From a virus (taxonomy: Duplodnaviria > Caudoviricetes): a stretch of DNA of 64,000 bases. The position numbers were made by a program, and so were the translations under genes. Positions 1 through 10,211 of this stretch are shown here, one piece after another (position 1 is the stretch's first letter; every line of letters begins with the position of its first letter). The stretch covers positions 160,001 through 224,000 of the IMG/VR virus record IMGVR_UViG_3300037692_000137. One strand, 5' to 3'. A model generated the notes under the pieces. It saw only the letters and a list, made by a program, of their open reading frames with translations. It did not search any database and was not told where the DNA came from.

Positions 1-554
1 GTCCAAGCATTGGTGTCAGAATTAAATGAACTTAGCCAGCCATAGTAAATAAGTAGATCCACAGGACTTGGATAAGTCCAACTTTTTATGTAATCAGTGT
101 ACCAACCATCATCGGATAAAGCAGTATTAAGTGCCGCTAAATTATCCGCATGATTTTGTAGCATACCATTAGCACCAAGAATAGGCTGGTGGCCCTCTAT
201 GTATAGTGGGCTATCTTCATCGTTGTATAGGTCTCTTCTATTTACTAGCACCTGCATAGGTATAAATGTACCAGATATACCAGTATAAGGGTCCACAACA
301 ATAGCGTCATCGGTTAAAAAGTACTCTAAATCACCTATAAATTCCGTTATTGGTTGGCCAGTATGGTTAGCAATTAGAGCGTCTAACGCGTTTTTACTGT
401 CGGCAGGCAGGGTGTCTTGATAGCATACATGTAAGTCAGAGGGCTCATTAAAGGAGAGACAGTCTAATGTACCACTGATATTAGTAGCTTGGCCTAATTC
501 ATAGTGGAGCGTGCCTAAGTCAACAGTTGCCTTTACATAAGAATAGTCTTGCAT
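1..554 (-). CDS. Partial ORF running off the window start; probable virion/structural protein
   Basis: Absent from the ORF track. ATG at 554 overlaps the upstream stop (TAATG coupling); open frame MQDYSYVKATVDLG...LLIYYGWLSSFNSDTNAW to the edge. Confidence 0.7.
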   Translation of the reverse strand, partial: MQDYSYVKATVDLGTLHYELGQATNISGTLDCLSFNEPSDLHVCYQDTLPADSKNALDALIANHTGQPITEFIGDLEYFLTDDAIVVDPYTGISGTFIPMQVLVNRRDLYNDEDSPLYIEGHQPILGANGMLQNHADNLAALNTALSDDGWYTDYIKSWTYPSPVDLLIYYGWLSSFNSDTNAW

Positions 555-1087
555 TAAGTAACTCTCCAAATATCAATCATTGCATTTTTTATATAAGCAA
601 CTGTAGACCCCATAGAGCTGCTATAGTCTATAGTTATAGTCAAGGTCTGTTCCGAAGGTATACTGCCATACATAAAACCAGAAACAAGCTCGTAATAGTT
701 CTGTTTTAATGGCGCTTGGGCTTGAGCAAAGATAGTCTGATTTATGCTTGTTCCTATTACTACTACTTGTGCATTGTATTCACTGGAGGTTTTATTCTGT
801 GCCCATTGATAACTAAAGCCTACCCTATAATTACCTATAGGTAAAGTATTAGTGGTCAAAGTAAGCTTATTTTGCCAGCTAGTGCTTGTAGTAGAGCTAA
901 CCGTGTCAGATATACCATTACTAAAGCTTGACCCAAAGTTAATATTACTTACCGGGTTAAGTAGTATGTTGGATACACCATCACCAATAAATAATTCTTT
1001 TGTGTCTGTAGCAAAGCCTAGCTCTGCTAAATCTAACGCTGGTAAGGTAGCTTTACTCCCACGTTTTATTTTTATCTTGGAGGACAT
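554..1087 (-). CDS. Fibre-associated structural protein with Mtd_N-like N-terminal domain
   Basis: N-terminus IKIKRGSKATLP..L..ELGFATDTKELFIGDG resembles the major-tropism-determinant N-terminal motif. Confidence 0.6.
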   Translation of the reverse strand: MSSKIKIKRGSKATLPALDLAELGFATDTKELFIGDGVSNILLNPVSNINFGSSFSNGISDTVSSTTSTSWQNKLTLTTNTLPIGNYRVGFSYQWAQNKTSSEYNAQVVVIGTSINQTIFAQAQAPLKQNYYELVSGFMYGSIPSEQTLTITIDYSSSMGSTVAYIKNAMIDIWRVT

Positions 1088-1105
1088 GTCATCCCTTTAA
1101 GCGTA

Positions 1106-2263
1106 TTATGCGAACGTTCCGCCGTCCACTAGAGCTACCTTTATAATTCCATTAGTATGTGTTAAGGAACTATTATCCACTACAACACCCACACCATTAG
1201 CCGTGACCGATACTGGAGCAACGGTGGCGCCAGTTGTGCTGTCAGCAGCTACAGCTATGGTTGTACCATTACCCCCTGTTAACCCATTACCTTGACTACC
1301 TATGCGTATATTGTTTGAGGCGTCCTCAGATAAACCAGTGCCTATTATATCAGTTACGTCAACCGATATTGAATCAGCAGCAACGTCTATACCATCACCA
1401 GCCCCTACGTTAAGTGTATTAAGTAGTTTTGTTAAACCATCACCAGCTGTAACACCACTTAGGCCGCCGAATTCAGCCCAACTTGACCCATCAAAACGTT
1501 GGTAAGTATTAGAAGCTCTATCCCAAGTAAGTGCACCCTCACCTGCCACAGAAACATCGTATGACACAACAAAAGCCGTGCCATTATATTCCACTATATC
1601 GTTATTACCTAAACCAGTGATTGTTCCAAAATTAGCATGTAGGGTAGACGCTACTGTTATTATGTAACGTGCGCCGGCTGCGGGGGAGGCTCCTGGATCT
1701 AAGGTAGCATCTGTTTGTATATCAAGAACGTCTGGCTGAAAGTCCATTCCGGATATTGCTGATTCAATCTCTGAATTAATTTTACTAGCTGACCACAAAT
1801 CTGTAGTAGCTGTACCAGAGTCATTGATAGCCCTATGTATTGTTACATCATCTAGGTGTGTGCTTAGTACTGTTCCTGTAATTGTGCCTGATGTAACTGT
1901 GTCATATAGTTGAGTTACCCTCCCGCTATCTAACTCTGAGGCTAGTACTCTAGCATAGGTGGTGCCGTCAGTGATATCATCCAAATCTGATACACCTGAT
2001 AACACCCAAGCGGCACCGTTATCAACATAAGTGTCGCCTGTATCTGAGGCATGGAATAGCCTACCTGATACACCTGCCACTGGTCTGCTGGATAAAATAT
2101 CTACTACCACCCTACCAACTAGATAAGCACTTGTCCCATCAGACACAAATACTTCTTTAGTATCAGTAGTAAAACCTAATTCACCGCTGGCCATAGGTGT
2201 ACCAGACATTAATGTGTCTAGCTGTGCTTTTGTGCCTCTACGTAGTTTAATTATTGCTGCCAT
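1106..2263 (-). CDS. Fibre-like structural protein with Mtd_N-like N-terminus
   Basis: IIKLRRGT...GELGFTTDTKEVFVSDG; Gly/Thr/Asp-rich; VTAGDGL repeats; C-terminal DGGTF. Confidence 0.65.
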   Translation of the reverse strand: MAAIIKLRRGTKAQLDTLMSGTPMASGELGFTTDTKEVFVSDGTSAYLVGRVVVDILSSRPVAGVSGRLFHASDTGDTYVDNGAAWVLSGVSDLDDITDGTTYARVLASELDSGRVTQLYDTVTSGTITGTVLSTHLDDVTIHRAINDSGTATTDLWSASKINSEIESAISGMDFQPDVLDIQTDATLDPGASPAAGARYIITVASTLHANFGTITGLGNNDIVEYNGTAFVVSYDVSVAGEGALTWDRASNTYQRFDGSSWAEFGGLSGVTAGDGLTKLLNTLNVGAGDGIDVAADSISVDVTDIIGTGLSEDASNNIRIGSQGNGLTGGNGTTIAVAADSTTGATVAPVSVTANGVGVVVDNSSLTHTNGIIKVALVDGGTFA

Positions 2264-2273
2264 TAGTTATCTC

Positions 2274-2546
2274 CTAAGTAAAAGTGCCGCCGTCAATAGT
2301 GTTGGTGTATTCAATACCAGTTTCATCTTCTTTAATCACAAGATATTTACCTGCTTGACCAGCATAGGATATTGGTGTATCTATAAGATCTATGAAAGAC
2401 ATACTCTCTATTCTGTCAATTAATTCACCAGACACTGTAATTATTTTATTATGTATGGTTCCTGATATTACATCATTTGCGAACTCTTGTTCTGACAAAA
2501 AATCATAGTCGTCTACTTGCTCCTCTCTTATTCTACTTCTAGCCAT
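2274..2546 (-). CDS. Small structural protein
   Basis: C-terminal YAGQAGKYLVIKEDETGIEY..IDGGTF is typical of fibre-associated proteins; coupled to neighbours. Confidence 0.55.
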   Translation of the reverse strand: MARSRIREEQVDDYDFLSEQEFANDVISGTIHNKIITVSGELIDRIESMSFIDLIDTPISYAGQAGKYLVIKEDETGIEYTNTIDGGTFT

Positions 2547-2815
2547 TATTGGTAAACCTCGTAGTGGGCTTTTAAAACGTCGGTTACATCTGGAGCAATA
2601 GCTGTGAATGTTATCTGTGTGGTTGTGTTTTCTATAAAGTCATCTGGACTATATAAGGACTGCCCGTTGTAGTCTATCACTATTTTGCCGTATTTAAAGG
2701 CTGTTGTAGTGCTAAATATCCTATTAATACCATTCTGAATACCTATGAGTGCTTCAGCAAGTTTAATATAAGAAGTCTTTTTTACTTTTCTAAGAATTAT
2801 CATAATAAACCCCAA
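2546..2815 (-). CDS. Small structural protein
   Basis: YNGQSL..PDDFIE..TTQITF motif resembles the C-terminus of ORF 3358..4863. Confidence 0.55.
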   Translation of the reverse strand: MGFIMIILRKVKKTSYIKLAEALIGIQNGINRIFSTTTAFKYGKIVIDYNGQSLYSPDDFIENTTTQITFTAIAPDVTDVLKAHYEVYQ

Positions 2816-2881
2816 GTGGTAGTAGCCGGGCTAAAGCCTAAGTAAGGCCTTAACCCAGGCGTAATAACCATAAAATAGTTG

Positions 2882-3286
2882 CTATTCGACAGAATTGTCA
2901 AGCACTTCATCAACTAAGTCGCTATCAATATCTTCGGACATCGTGGTGTCGTCTGTTAAAGTAGTATCATTTTCTAAGTCAATATTGTCCTCTATAATGA
3001 CTCCACGTAATTTAGCCATTGTATTTTGTCTAGCCTTATCACGTTCAGCAGCGCGAATGATGCTGTCTACCAGGTCAACAATTATTTTCTCATTAGCCCT
3101 TAATTGGCCAAGTTCACCTTGTAACAAACTAAGCTGTCTTTGTTTCTTTTCAACTTCTTGTCTAAAACGTTCAATTAAAGTTACTACAAAACCAGCTTCA
3201 GATCGTGACATTAACTTCTCTTCTTCTGCTTTCATCATAACTTTACGAAGTCTGTTTCTCTCATCTCTATCCTGTACACCTTCCAT
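2882..3286 (-). CDS. Coiled-coil hypothetical protein with acidic tail
   Basis: Heptad-rich sequence; AGGAG RBS upstream. Confidence 0.65.
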   Translation of the reverse strand: MEGVQDRDERNRLRKVMMKAEEEKLMSRSEAGFVVTLIERFRQEVEKKQRQLSLLQGELGQLRANEKIIVDLVDSIIRAAERDKARQNTMAKLRGVIIEDNIDLENDTTLTDDTTMSEDIDSDLVDEVLDNSVE

Positions 3287-3322
3287 AATAAATCTCCTTT
3301 ATTCCGTTTGTATTAATTATGA

Positions 3323-3346
3323 AAGGAGGGGCTTACGCCCCTCCTT
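3323..3346. terminator. Intrinsic terminator hairpin
   Basis: AAGGAGGGGC-TTAC-GCCCCTCCTT perfect 10-bp stem just after the stop of 3358..4863. Confidence 0.7.
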
Positions 3347-3357
3347 ATTTTACATCA

Positions 3358-4863
3358 TTACTGTTTAACTACATAAGTGATATTTCTACCTGGTTGTATA
3401 TTAAATCTAAAAGTAATACTAGAAGTAGAAGTTTCAGCATAGTCACGATCAGCGTTAACCCCCGCTGCGCCTGTATCGGCCGCAAGCAACTGACCATCTA
3501 CGTACACGTCCATATTAGCACCTTCCTGGCCGGCAGTAGCTACTGGTGTATAGGTTATACTATAAGGCAGTGTATGGGCTGTATTAAAATCAATTTGTGT
3601 ATCAACAGATTCTACATATTTAGCTCCAGATGTGGCATCAAGGGAGTCTTGTAGTGTATTAAGAGCACCATCTAAAGTACTAATAGCATCTACTAGATTA
3701 GAACCGTCAGCCACGTAGTAGTTGTTAGTGAAATCAACTGTACCTGAAGAGGTAGCACCAACAGCCCCCTGTAGATCTGATACGTCACTATTAATATTAA
3801 ATATAGAGGTATCAATACCACCAATATCTGCTACGATGCTTGAAATGTCACCATCATTGGATATAATGGCTTCACTTAAAGCGTCCAAAGAGACTGTGAT
3901 GTCTTCACCATCAGTAAGATAGGTAGCGGTAGTGTAAGTCGCGTCACCAATACCAGTATTTAATGCGTCAATAGCAGATTTTAAACTGGTTGGTGAGGCG
4001 TTTAACAGATAGTTACCTGTAATACTATCCCAAGGAGTAGCACTACCATCATTATCTGTAGCACCAGTGAATGTCCAGATGTTGTGGATATCCTCAACAA
4101 GCTCAACGTCGCCTTCCCATGAGCTAACAAAGTCTGTACGTAGCCACTCATACTCTGACATTTCAGACATTAGTTTACGGTAAGGATACACGAAAGCTAC
4201 GGCTGCGGGAACGGCCCCTTCCAAAGTAGATAGGTCTGTAGCAACACCGTCAGCATAAAATTTGGCATACACATCGGTACCAGCACCTGTACCGCCGAAA
4301 TCAGCGCCGTCATGGAACTTAGCATAAATAGTATTACCGCTAGCATCCTGCATTTCATTGCCGGTATCCAGATTAATAACATCAACTCTAACTACTCTGT
4401 CAAGACCGCCCTCGTCAAAATAGCTACCAGCATTAGCTGTACTAGCAAAAATAGGTAAACCACGTCTGTCAGTAGGTGTAGCATAGGCCGTAGTTGCGAA
4501 AATAAGTGCGCCTGCGGTAGTACCGGATACGGTATAGCCAGCACCAGAATTATCCTCTGACACAGCTAAAATTACCGTCTTAGCGTCTAGGGTGTTATTT
4601 TTAATGTTTGTAAGATTAAGATCTTTATTGGCAGCGCTTCCAGCGTCAGTATTAGACGGGTCAAAGTAGTTGCCCAAATCTCCGAACCAATCGGAAGTAC
4701 CTTTTAACTCTTTTACCAAGGTGCGCATAACGTTTAAATCTTGTTCAAGTGAACCGGATACAGTGGGCTCGGCTACACCTGCTGTATAAACACTAGTTAC
4801 AGCATCATCATAAGTCGCTGAACGTCGAATTTGTTCTAGTTGTCTAAGTAAACTTCTAGCCAT
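3358..4863 (-). CDS. Virion structural protein (501 aa)
   Basis: Long Ala/Gly/Thr/Asp-rich ORF with strong RBS (GGAGG), downstream of the capsid module. Confidence 0.65.
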   Translation of the reverse strand: MARSLLRQLEQIRRSATYDDAVTSVYTAGVAEPTVSGSLEQDLNVMRTLVKELKGTSDWFGDLGNYFDPSNTDAGSAANKDLNLTNIKNNTLDAKTVILAVSEDNSGAGYTVSGTTAGALIFATTAYATPTDRRGLPIFASTANAGSYFDEGGLDRVVRVDVINLDTGNEMQDASGNTIYAKFHDGADFGGTGAGTDVYAKFYADGVATDLSTLEGAVPAAVAFVYPYRKLMSEMSEYEWLRTDFVSSWEGDVELVEDIHNIWTFTGATDNDGSATPWDSITGNYLLNASPTSLKSAIDALNTGIGDATYTTATYLTDGEDITVSLDALSEAIISNDGDISSIVADIGGIDTSIFNINSDVSDLQGAVGATSSGTVDFTNNYYVADGSNLVDAISTLDGALNTLQDSLDATSGAKYVESVDTQIDFNTAHTLPYSITYTPVATAGQEGANMDVYVDGQLLAADTGAAGVNADRDYAETSTSSITFRFNIQPGRNITYVVKQ

Positions 4864-4939
4864 AGTATGTTTCCTCCAAAGTTGTATAAATTGTTAGACG
4901 CCAGCGTAGATTAGTTCAAAAACCTAGTAGAATTTTATA

Positions 4940-5443
4940 CTACCTGGCCATTTTTAATTCTGTAATACGTTTTCTCAAAACGCGACAAAGGCTGTCTTTG
5001 TTTGCCAATGAAGAAGCCTGTTGAAGAGCATACTGTAGAAGCTTTACATCTGTTAGTTGTGGCATCATATCTCTTGCCTTTCTAACTGGAAGTCCTACTA
5101 AATCAGAGACCGATATCCCTTTGGGCACTAATGGAGCTACATGGTCTGTTTTTCTATCGTTAACTTTACTTTCTTCTTTTACTACACCTTCTACAGTGTT
5201 ATTTACTTCAACGGCCACTTCGGGGATGACTCTTGTTCCGTCATCGTAAACTATTTTCCATCTGTTAGGATCACGTAATTTTATAGATTTTAACCATTCT
5301 ACAAAAGGTACACCCTCCTCTATAGCGTGCTTACTGCCATATTGTTTATACAGTTCGTCCAAATCAATTTTACCGCCGGGCCTGATAGCACGTTTCATAG
5401 CGTGGGCCCACCCAGATGTAATATTTTGCACATAACCAATCAT
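4940..5443 (-). CDS. Hypothetical protein (possible head completion)
   Basis: AAGGAG RBS; position after the capsid gene. Confidence 0.55.
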   Translation of the reverse strand: MIGYVQNITSGWAHAMKRAIRPGGKIDLDELYKQYGSKHAIEEGVPFVEWLKSIKLRDPNRWKIVYDDGTRVIPEVAVEVNNTVEGVVKEESKVNDRKTDHVAPLVPKGISVSDLVGLPVRKARDMMPQLTDVKLLQYALQQASSLANKDSLCRVLRKRITELKMAR

Positions 5444-5493
5444 AGTAATCTCCTTTTCTTTTAGTTTGCCTTTTCCTGTAGTTTACCTTAATT

Positions 5494-5817
5494 CTAGTTG
5501 TGCTTATTAATTCTATCAATAATGAAGTGTAGTACGTTAGCCATTCTATGTATAATTAATGGAAATAAAATACTAACAAAAATACTCCCTTTATCTAATG
5601 GTAGTCCATAAACAGATAAGTATAATATGTAGGCTATCCAGACAGAACTACAGTAACCACAATCTAGTAACTCATGTAAAAATTTACATGCTTTATAATC
5701 CCGTCTAATAAAGAAAAACTTTCTTACTGGTTCAAATATGCTAGACTTGACTAAAAGCTCTGTTATAGCTTCAGTTAGTATAATTAAAAGTGATATAAGT
5801 AAAAAATTTATCTTCAT
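5494..5817 (-). CDS. Membrane protein, DUF1360-like
   Basis: Hydrophobic segments plus the LLDCGYCSSVWIA motif. Confidence 0.55.
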   Translation of the reverse strand: MKINFLLISLLIILTEAITELLVKSSIFEPVRKFFFIRRDYKACKFLHELLDCGYCSSVWIAYILYLSVYGLPLDKGSIFVSILFPLIIHRMANVLHFIIDRINKHN

Positions 5818-5863
5818 TCTATATATATAAATAGGTTACTTAATTATTGAATTTGTATAACGT

Positions 5864-5908
5864 AAAATACCTCATACCTAGATCATAAATCTAAGTATGA
5901 GGTATTTA
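5864..5908 (-). terminator. Terminator after the major capsid gene
   Basis: Inverted repeat AATACCTCATAC...GTATGAGGTATT followed by TTTT on the minus strand. Confidence 0.7.
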
Positions 5909-5922
5909 TATAACAACAACTA

Positions 5923-6993
5923 TTACAGAGAACGATCTATGATACCCATACCTAACATACGGCTATCAAGACATGCGAACCCAATTTCCGCCCAACCAAA
6001 AAAGCCTTGTTTCTGGACACGGAGTAAAACAGGATCTTCAATAGCTTCGTAATCTTTTCTAATTGGCATTACAAGAGAGTCATTTACAGACATATCAAAG
6101 CCATAAATCTGAGTCTCGCCAAGTGTGGCTACTGTACCGTCAGCCGCAGTGACATTACCATGCTCTAACGTATAGGAGTTATACTGGTTGCTACTATCAG
6201 CAATAAACTTACCATAAGCGGCAGTATTGTCGTTGATGTTGTAAAGACCAGTGGCGCCCAGGTGTTGTACTTCATGTAGCGTAACATTCCAAATACGGCC
6301 CATGCCAGCTGCCTGAAAAATTTCTCTACGTGTTACTGGATCGATGTCAGTTTCTGTCCACTCACGGATGTCAGCAGCGTCTTCTGGTGATACATAAAGA
6401 TCAGTAAGTGTACGACCTGTACGTTTGAAACCAACCATCATTTTATTGATAAGTTCTTTAGACAAGTAGCCTGCACCAGTTGAGCCGGGTGAAATCTCAT
6501 AGATAGGAGCAGGTCTTGAACCAAGCAGACCTTTACCTGAAAAAGACGAAGTAGCGGCAGGTACAATTACGCGCCAGCCACACTCTTCTTCAAAGTTTGC
6601 CAAGTCTTTAGCTGCGCGGGCGGCGGCTCGCTGAGGAATATCAATACGTGAATCCCTTGCGTAGGTTATTTTCCAGTCGCCAGCGGCAGATATACTAAAA
6701 GTAGGTACATATACTTCTTCGCCGATACCCTCAATGAAGTTCTGGGCGATATAACCAAGACCAGGGAGAACCCAAACAGGGATCTCAAAGTCTTCTGCTA
6801 CAGGATAAACAGCCTGTGCACCTGCAGCAAGACGCTCGACTGTGAACATCTGACGCATAATTGACTCTAACTCAATTTTTTGCAAAATCGGTGTAGTCAA
6901 AGCAGCAGCGAACGCTCTATAAGCGGCCAGACCTTCTGCAGTCTGCACATTAGCTGTGGCCTTAAAAAGTTCTTGCATTTCATGTTTTTCCAT
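5923..6993 (-). CDS. Major capsid protein (HK97-like fold)
   Basis: 356 aa; follows scaffold/decoration genes; strong RBS and terminator; C-terminal GFFGWAEIGFACLD strand. Confidence 0.8.
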   Translation of the reverse strand: MEKHEMQELFKATANVQTAEGLAAYRAFAAALTTPILQKIELESIMRQMFTVERLAAGAQAVYPVAEDFEIPVWVLPGLGYIAQNFIEGIGEEVYVPTFSISAAGDWKITYARDSRIDIPQRAAARAAKDLANFEEECGWRVIVPAATSSFSGKGLLGSRPAPIYEISPGSTGAGYLSKELINKMMVGFKRTGRTLTDLYVSPEDAADIREWTETDIDPVTRREIFQAAGMGRIWNVTLHEVQHLGATGLYNINDNTAAYGKFIADSSNQYNSYTLEHGNVTAADGTVATLGETQIYGFDMSVNDSLVMPIRKDYEAIEDPVLLRVQKQGFFGWAEIGFACLDSRMLGMGIIDRSL

Positions 6994-7060
6994 GATTTAT
7001 TTGCTCCTTTAAATATTTATTTTCGGAAGTACTAATTTACTTTAATCCGATTTAACTTTA

Positions 7061-7696
7061 TTAGATTAATAGTTTTATTCTAATAGGGTACATAACAGTG
7101 TTGTCGATATTAGCCTGACATTTAGCAACGCTAGCGCCCTTAACTACACGCGCTACAACAGTAGTGTTACCAGTACATCTAGCACCAGTAGTGACATCTG
7201 TGGTGCCGTCTGAATTAGCAGTACTGTTTGTTACTTTAGCCTCATCGGCAGCTGCAAACAGCGCTAGACCAGGAGTCATGGCGGTTTGAACAACACCCGC
7301 AGCCATGGTACATGTATAATGTACTGTATCCCAAATACCTAAATGCGCTACACCAACAGGAACTTCTTTCGTACCAGTAATAACACCGGCAGAGCTATAA
7401 GTAGGCTGAGCAATAGCGTCGCTTGAACCTAGGTCACCTGGCATAGCATAACCAGCAGGATGAACCTGATGATAGCCAGTCTTAACTTTCTGCATGATAA
7501 AACCAAAAGGTACTTCAGCAGCAGCAGTATGTGACATCTTAATAACCTCTGCTTCCTGATTTACAGCAGTAGGGTTCAAATATACAACAGAGCCTGCGTA
7601 TGCAACTACACCACCAACACCAGCGGAGCCGGTTGCTGTTTGAGCTGCATATTTACAGAATTGATTTTCTACTACGGAGTGTCTTGGTATAAACAT
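7061..7696 (-). CDS. Capsid decoration/cement protein
   Basis: Ala/Gly/Val/Thr-rich 211-aa ORF between scaffold and major capsid gene. Confidence 0.55.
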   Translation of the reverse strand: MFIPRHSVVENQFCKYAAQTATGSAGVGGVVAYAGSVVYLNPTAVNQEAEVIKMSHTAAAEVPFGFIMQKVKTGYHQVHPAGYAMPGDLGSSDAIAQPTYSSAGVITGTKEVPVGVAHLGIWDTVHYTCTMAAGVVQTAMTPGLALFAAADEAKVTNSTANSDGTTDVTTGARCTGNTTVVARVVKGASVAKCQANIDNTVMYPIRIKLLI

Positions 7697-7720
7697 ATCT
7701 ATTTGCCTCCTTACCTCTAA

Positions 7721-8449
7721 TTATTCAGATTTTTTAAACATATCTGCCATTGCCTGGCCTAGTTTATTGTATTTATTCTTCACGTCATCTGAAGGTGCCA
7801 TCTCCATGTTTAAAGCGGCTGATACAGCCTTAGTAGGATCTATATTAGCCGGTGGGGTGTCTCCTATAGCTTGATTTGAAGAACTATCGGCGGCGGCAGC
7901 AGCTTTAGTAGCTGCTTCCTCTTTAACTTTGGCTTCAGCGGCTGCAACAGCGGCTTTTTCATCAGCTTCTTTTTTAGCTGCTTCCATCTCAGCCAGAACA
8001 GCCTCTCTAATAGAAACCAACTCGTCTCTATAAGAAGCGAACTCCTCGTCAGACATCTCTCTAACTTTAGCGGCCTGGCCTTCTTTGTCCTTACGAACAA
8101 TACCGGCAACCTCTAACTCACTCATTCTGATTTCGGTAGCTTTATCTTTGTGCATCTTTTCTAACTCAGCCTCTACACCAGCTAATTTATCCGCAACAGT
8201 CGATGTCTCAAGTTTAGCTGCCTCAAGCTCACTTTTAAGATCGTCAACTGTTTTGGTTAGAGTAGCCACTGTTTCTTCTTTTACAAGAAGATCCGCGCTT
8301 TTTTCTTCTAAAGCGGTGGCCAGCTCATCAATGGTGTTAGCAGAGGTTTGAAGAGCTTCTTCCGTTTTCTGCTTCATGGCGGCCTCTTCTTTTTCTGAAA
8401 AGATTGCCTTTATTAAAACTTCGACATCTTTTTTGAATTTATCTTCCAT
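7721..8449 (-). CDS. Capsid scaffolding protein
   Basis: Long E/K/A coiled coil between the protease-like gene and the capsid gene. Confidence 0.65.
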   Translation of the reverse strand: MEDKFKKDVEVLIKAIFSEKEEAAMKQKTEEALQTSANTIDELATALEEKSADLLVKEETVATLTKTVDDLKSELEAAKLETSTVADKLAGVEAELEKMHKDKATEIRMSELEVAGIVRKDKEGQAAKVREMSDEEFASYRDELVSIREAVLAEMEAAKKEADEKAAVAAAEAKVKEEAATKAAAAADSSSNQAIGDTPPANIDPTKAVSAALNMEMAPSDDVKNKYNKLGQAMADMFKKSE

Positions 8450-8548
8450 TTATAAACCTCCTAATGTTCTTTAAATATATAAAATTTAGAATTATTTTTT
8501 AATACCAACCTTTAATCCTTTTCCAAACCAACTAGTTTAAAAACCAAA

Positions 8549-8971
8549 CTACGGTAGCATCTGAGAAGCGCCAGTGTTGCCGCGGCAACTCATATTTGCT
8601 AAGTCAGGATTTACGCCTAACTGTGCGTGAACAACTACAACTGTATCTCCGGCTGCAGCTGTTGAACACACTAAAGTAACTACATTATTTACTTTATCTT
8701 TTGATATATAACAACTACCTACGTCACCTTCGGGAGTAGCTACAAATTTACCATAAGAAGCCAGGTCATAACCATGAAATTTAATACCGCTAGCAACAAC
8801 AACTGACGTTGTTCCGCTGACTACAGTGATTTCATCTGCCCACAAATAAGGGACTGAGTGGTTATTACCTAAATTACGGTAAGTTATAGTAGCTCTATCA
8901 TCACCCATTATCTTACATACTTTAGGTGTGCTGGCTCTTTCACCAGTCAACGGTTGTCCGATAGAACCCAT
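8549..8971 (-). CDS. Structural/hypothetical protein
   Basis: GGAGG RBS; beta-rich; in the head module. Confidence 0.55.
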   Translation of the reverse strand: MGSIGQPLTGERASTPKVCKIMGDDRATITYRNLGNNHSVPYLWADEITVVSGTTSVVVASGIKFHGYDLASYGKFVATPEGDVGSCYISKDKVNNVVTLVCSTAAAGDTVVVVHAQLGVNPDLANMSCRGNTGASQMLP

Positions 8972-8997
8972 AATTTAATCCTCCTTAACTTATTTTA

Positions 8998-10137
8998 TTA
9001 ATATAAACCTTGTTTAGCCTTGCTAACTTTATTCATTAAGTTATCAATCAACTGGCTGCGCTTAACTTCTGACTCTTTCTTATTTAACAACTCATTTACA
9101 TACGCGGTGGCAATCGCTGGTATCTGGTTTCTTAGACATTCAGGGTCAGAAGTATCCCTAGAAAAAGAAGTGCACGACCTATCATAAGCTGTACACCAAT
9201 TTTCTTTCATAATGTTACTATCTTGATCTTGTGTTATACTATCTGTAAGTCTTTTTTTGTAATTTATACATATCCCAATTGTGTCTGTATATACTAACTC
9301 AGAATTTTCTTTACTAGCACTACCTGATTTATCTGCTTCTATATTAGGTAAGGTTACATTATTAGCTATTTCAATTACTTTGTCATAATTCAATACTAAT
9401 ATGTTGTCGGGAGTTGTTTTGTCTAGGCCATTTTGGGTAGCGGTCTCTAAAATTACAGAAGGTGGATTAGCCGGATTTTTAACAATACCTACACCAGAGA
9501 AGCATATACCTCTAAGGACCCTTGCAGCTTTACCACTGGCTATTTCAACACCTTTCTTTATCACTTTAACCATAGTGCCAAAAGCCGCTGAATTTTCTGT
9601 AGGAAAACCCAGTAGGTCTGCCTCTTTCTTATCCAATATTAGATTACCTATTTTTACGTCATAGTTTTGGTAATAAGCTTCCATACTTACTTTCCACTGA
9701 CTTTCAGCTACTTCTTTAGCTATGTTAGGGAATCTACTTTTATAGATAATACCAGCTATCAGTATATGCATATCTGAAGTATCCAATGACGCTTTTTCCA
9801 TATTAGCTAACTCTTGAACATCCAACTTATTACCGGCGGCGTCTACAAAAGCATAGTCATAGATATGCCCTATAATTTCAGCCTCCTCATGTTCTACATC
9901 TACTGCCTTACTAGTTATTGACCCAGCAGCGAGTACCAGTTCTGATGGCAAAAAGTGTGCTAAGTTTAGGTTAGTACCACTACTAACAAATAATGCACTA
10001 AAGTATTGAAGATCTGGTTGTTTATTGCTTTTGTCTGGAAGCTTAATTACAGAGGAGGCCTCTTTTCTGAGAGCCTCAGTCTCTTCAACCAAATCTATTT
10101 TGGCCTCCATATAAAATTTATTATTAATTTCGTTCAC
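8998..10137 (-). CDS. Prohead maturation protease-like protein
   Basis: Directly after portal; DVEHEE..IIGHI, WKVSMEA and FSGVGIVKNPAN motifs resemble HK97-type proteases. Confidence 0.65.
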   Translation of the reverse strand: MNEINNKFYMEAKIDLVEETEALRKEASSVIKLPDKSNKQPDLQYFSALFVSSGTNLNLAHFLPSELVLAAGSITSKAVDVEHEEAEIIGHIYDYAFVDAAGNKLDVQELANMEKASLDTSDMHILIAGIIYKSRFPNIAKEVAESQWKVSMEAYYQNYDVKIGNLILDKKEADLLGFPTENSAAFGTMVKVIKKGVEIASGKAARVLRGICFSGVGIVKNPANPPSVILETATQNGLDKTTPDNILVLNYDKVIEIANNVTLPNIEADKSGSASKENSELVYTDTIGICINYKKRLTDSITQDQDSNIMKENWCTAYDRSCTSFSRDTSDPECLRNQIPAIATAYVNELLNKKESEVKRSQLIDNLMNKVSKAKQGLY

Positions 10138-10211
10138 AATTAAACCTCCGGATAATTATATAATAACTTCTTATTTAAATACTTAAACTTTATACTTACT
10201 TAGTAAGTTAG

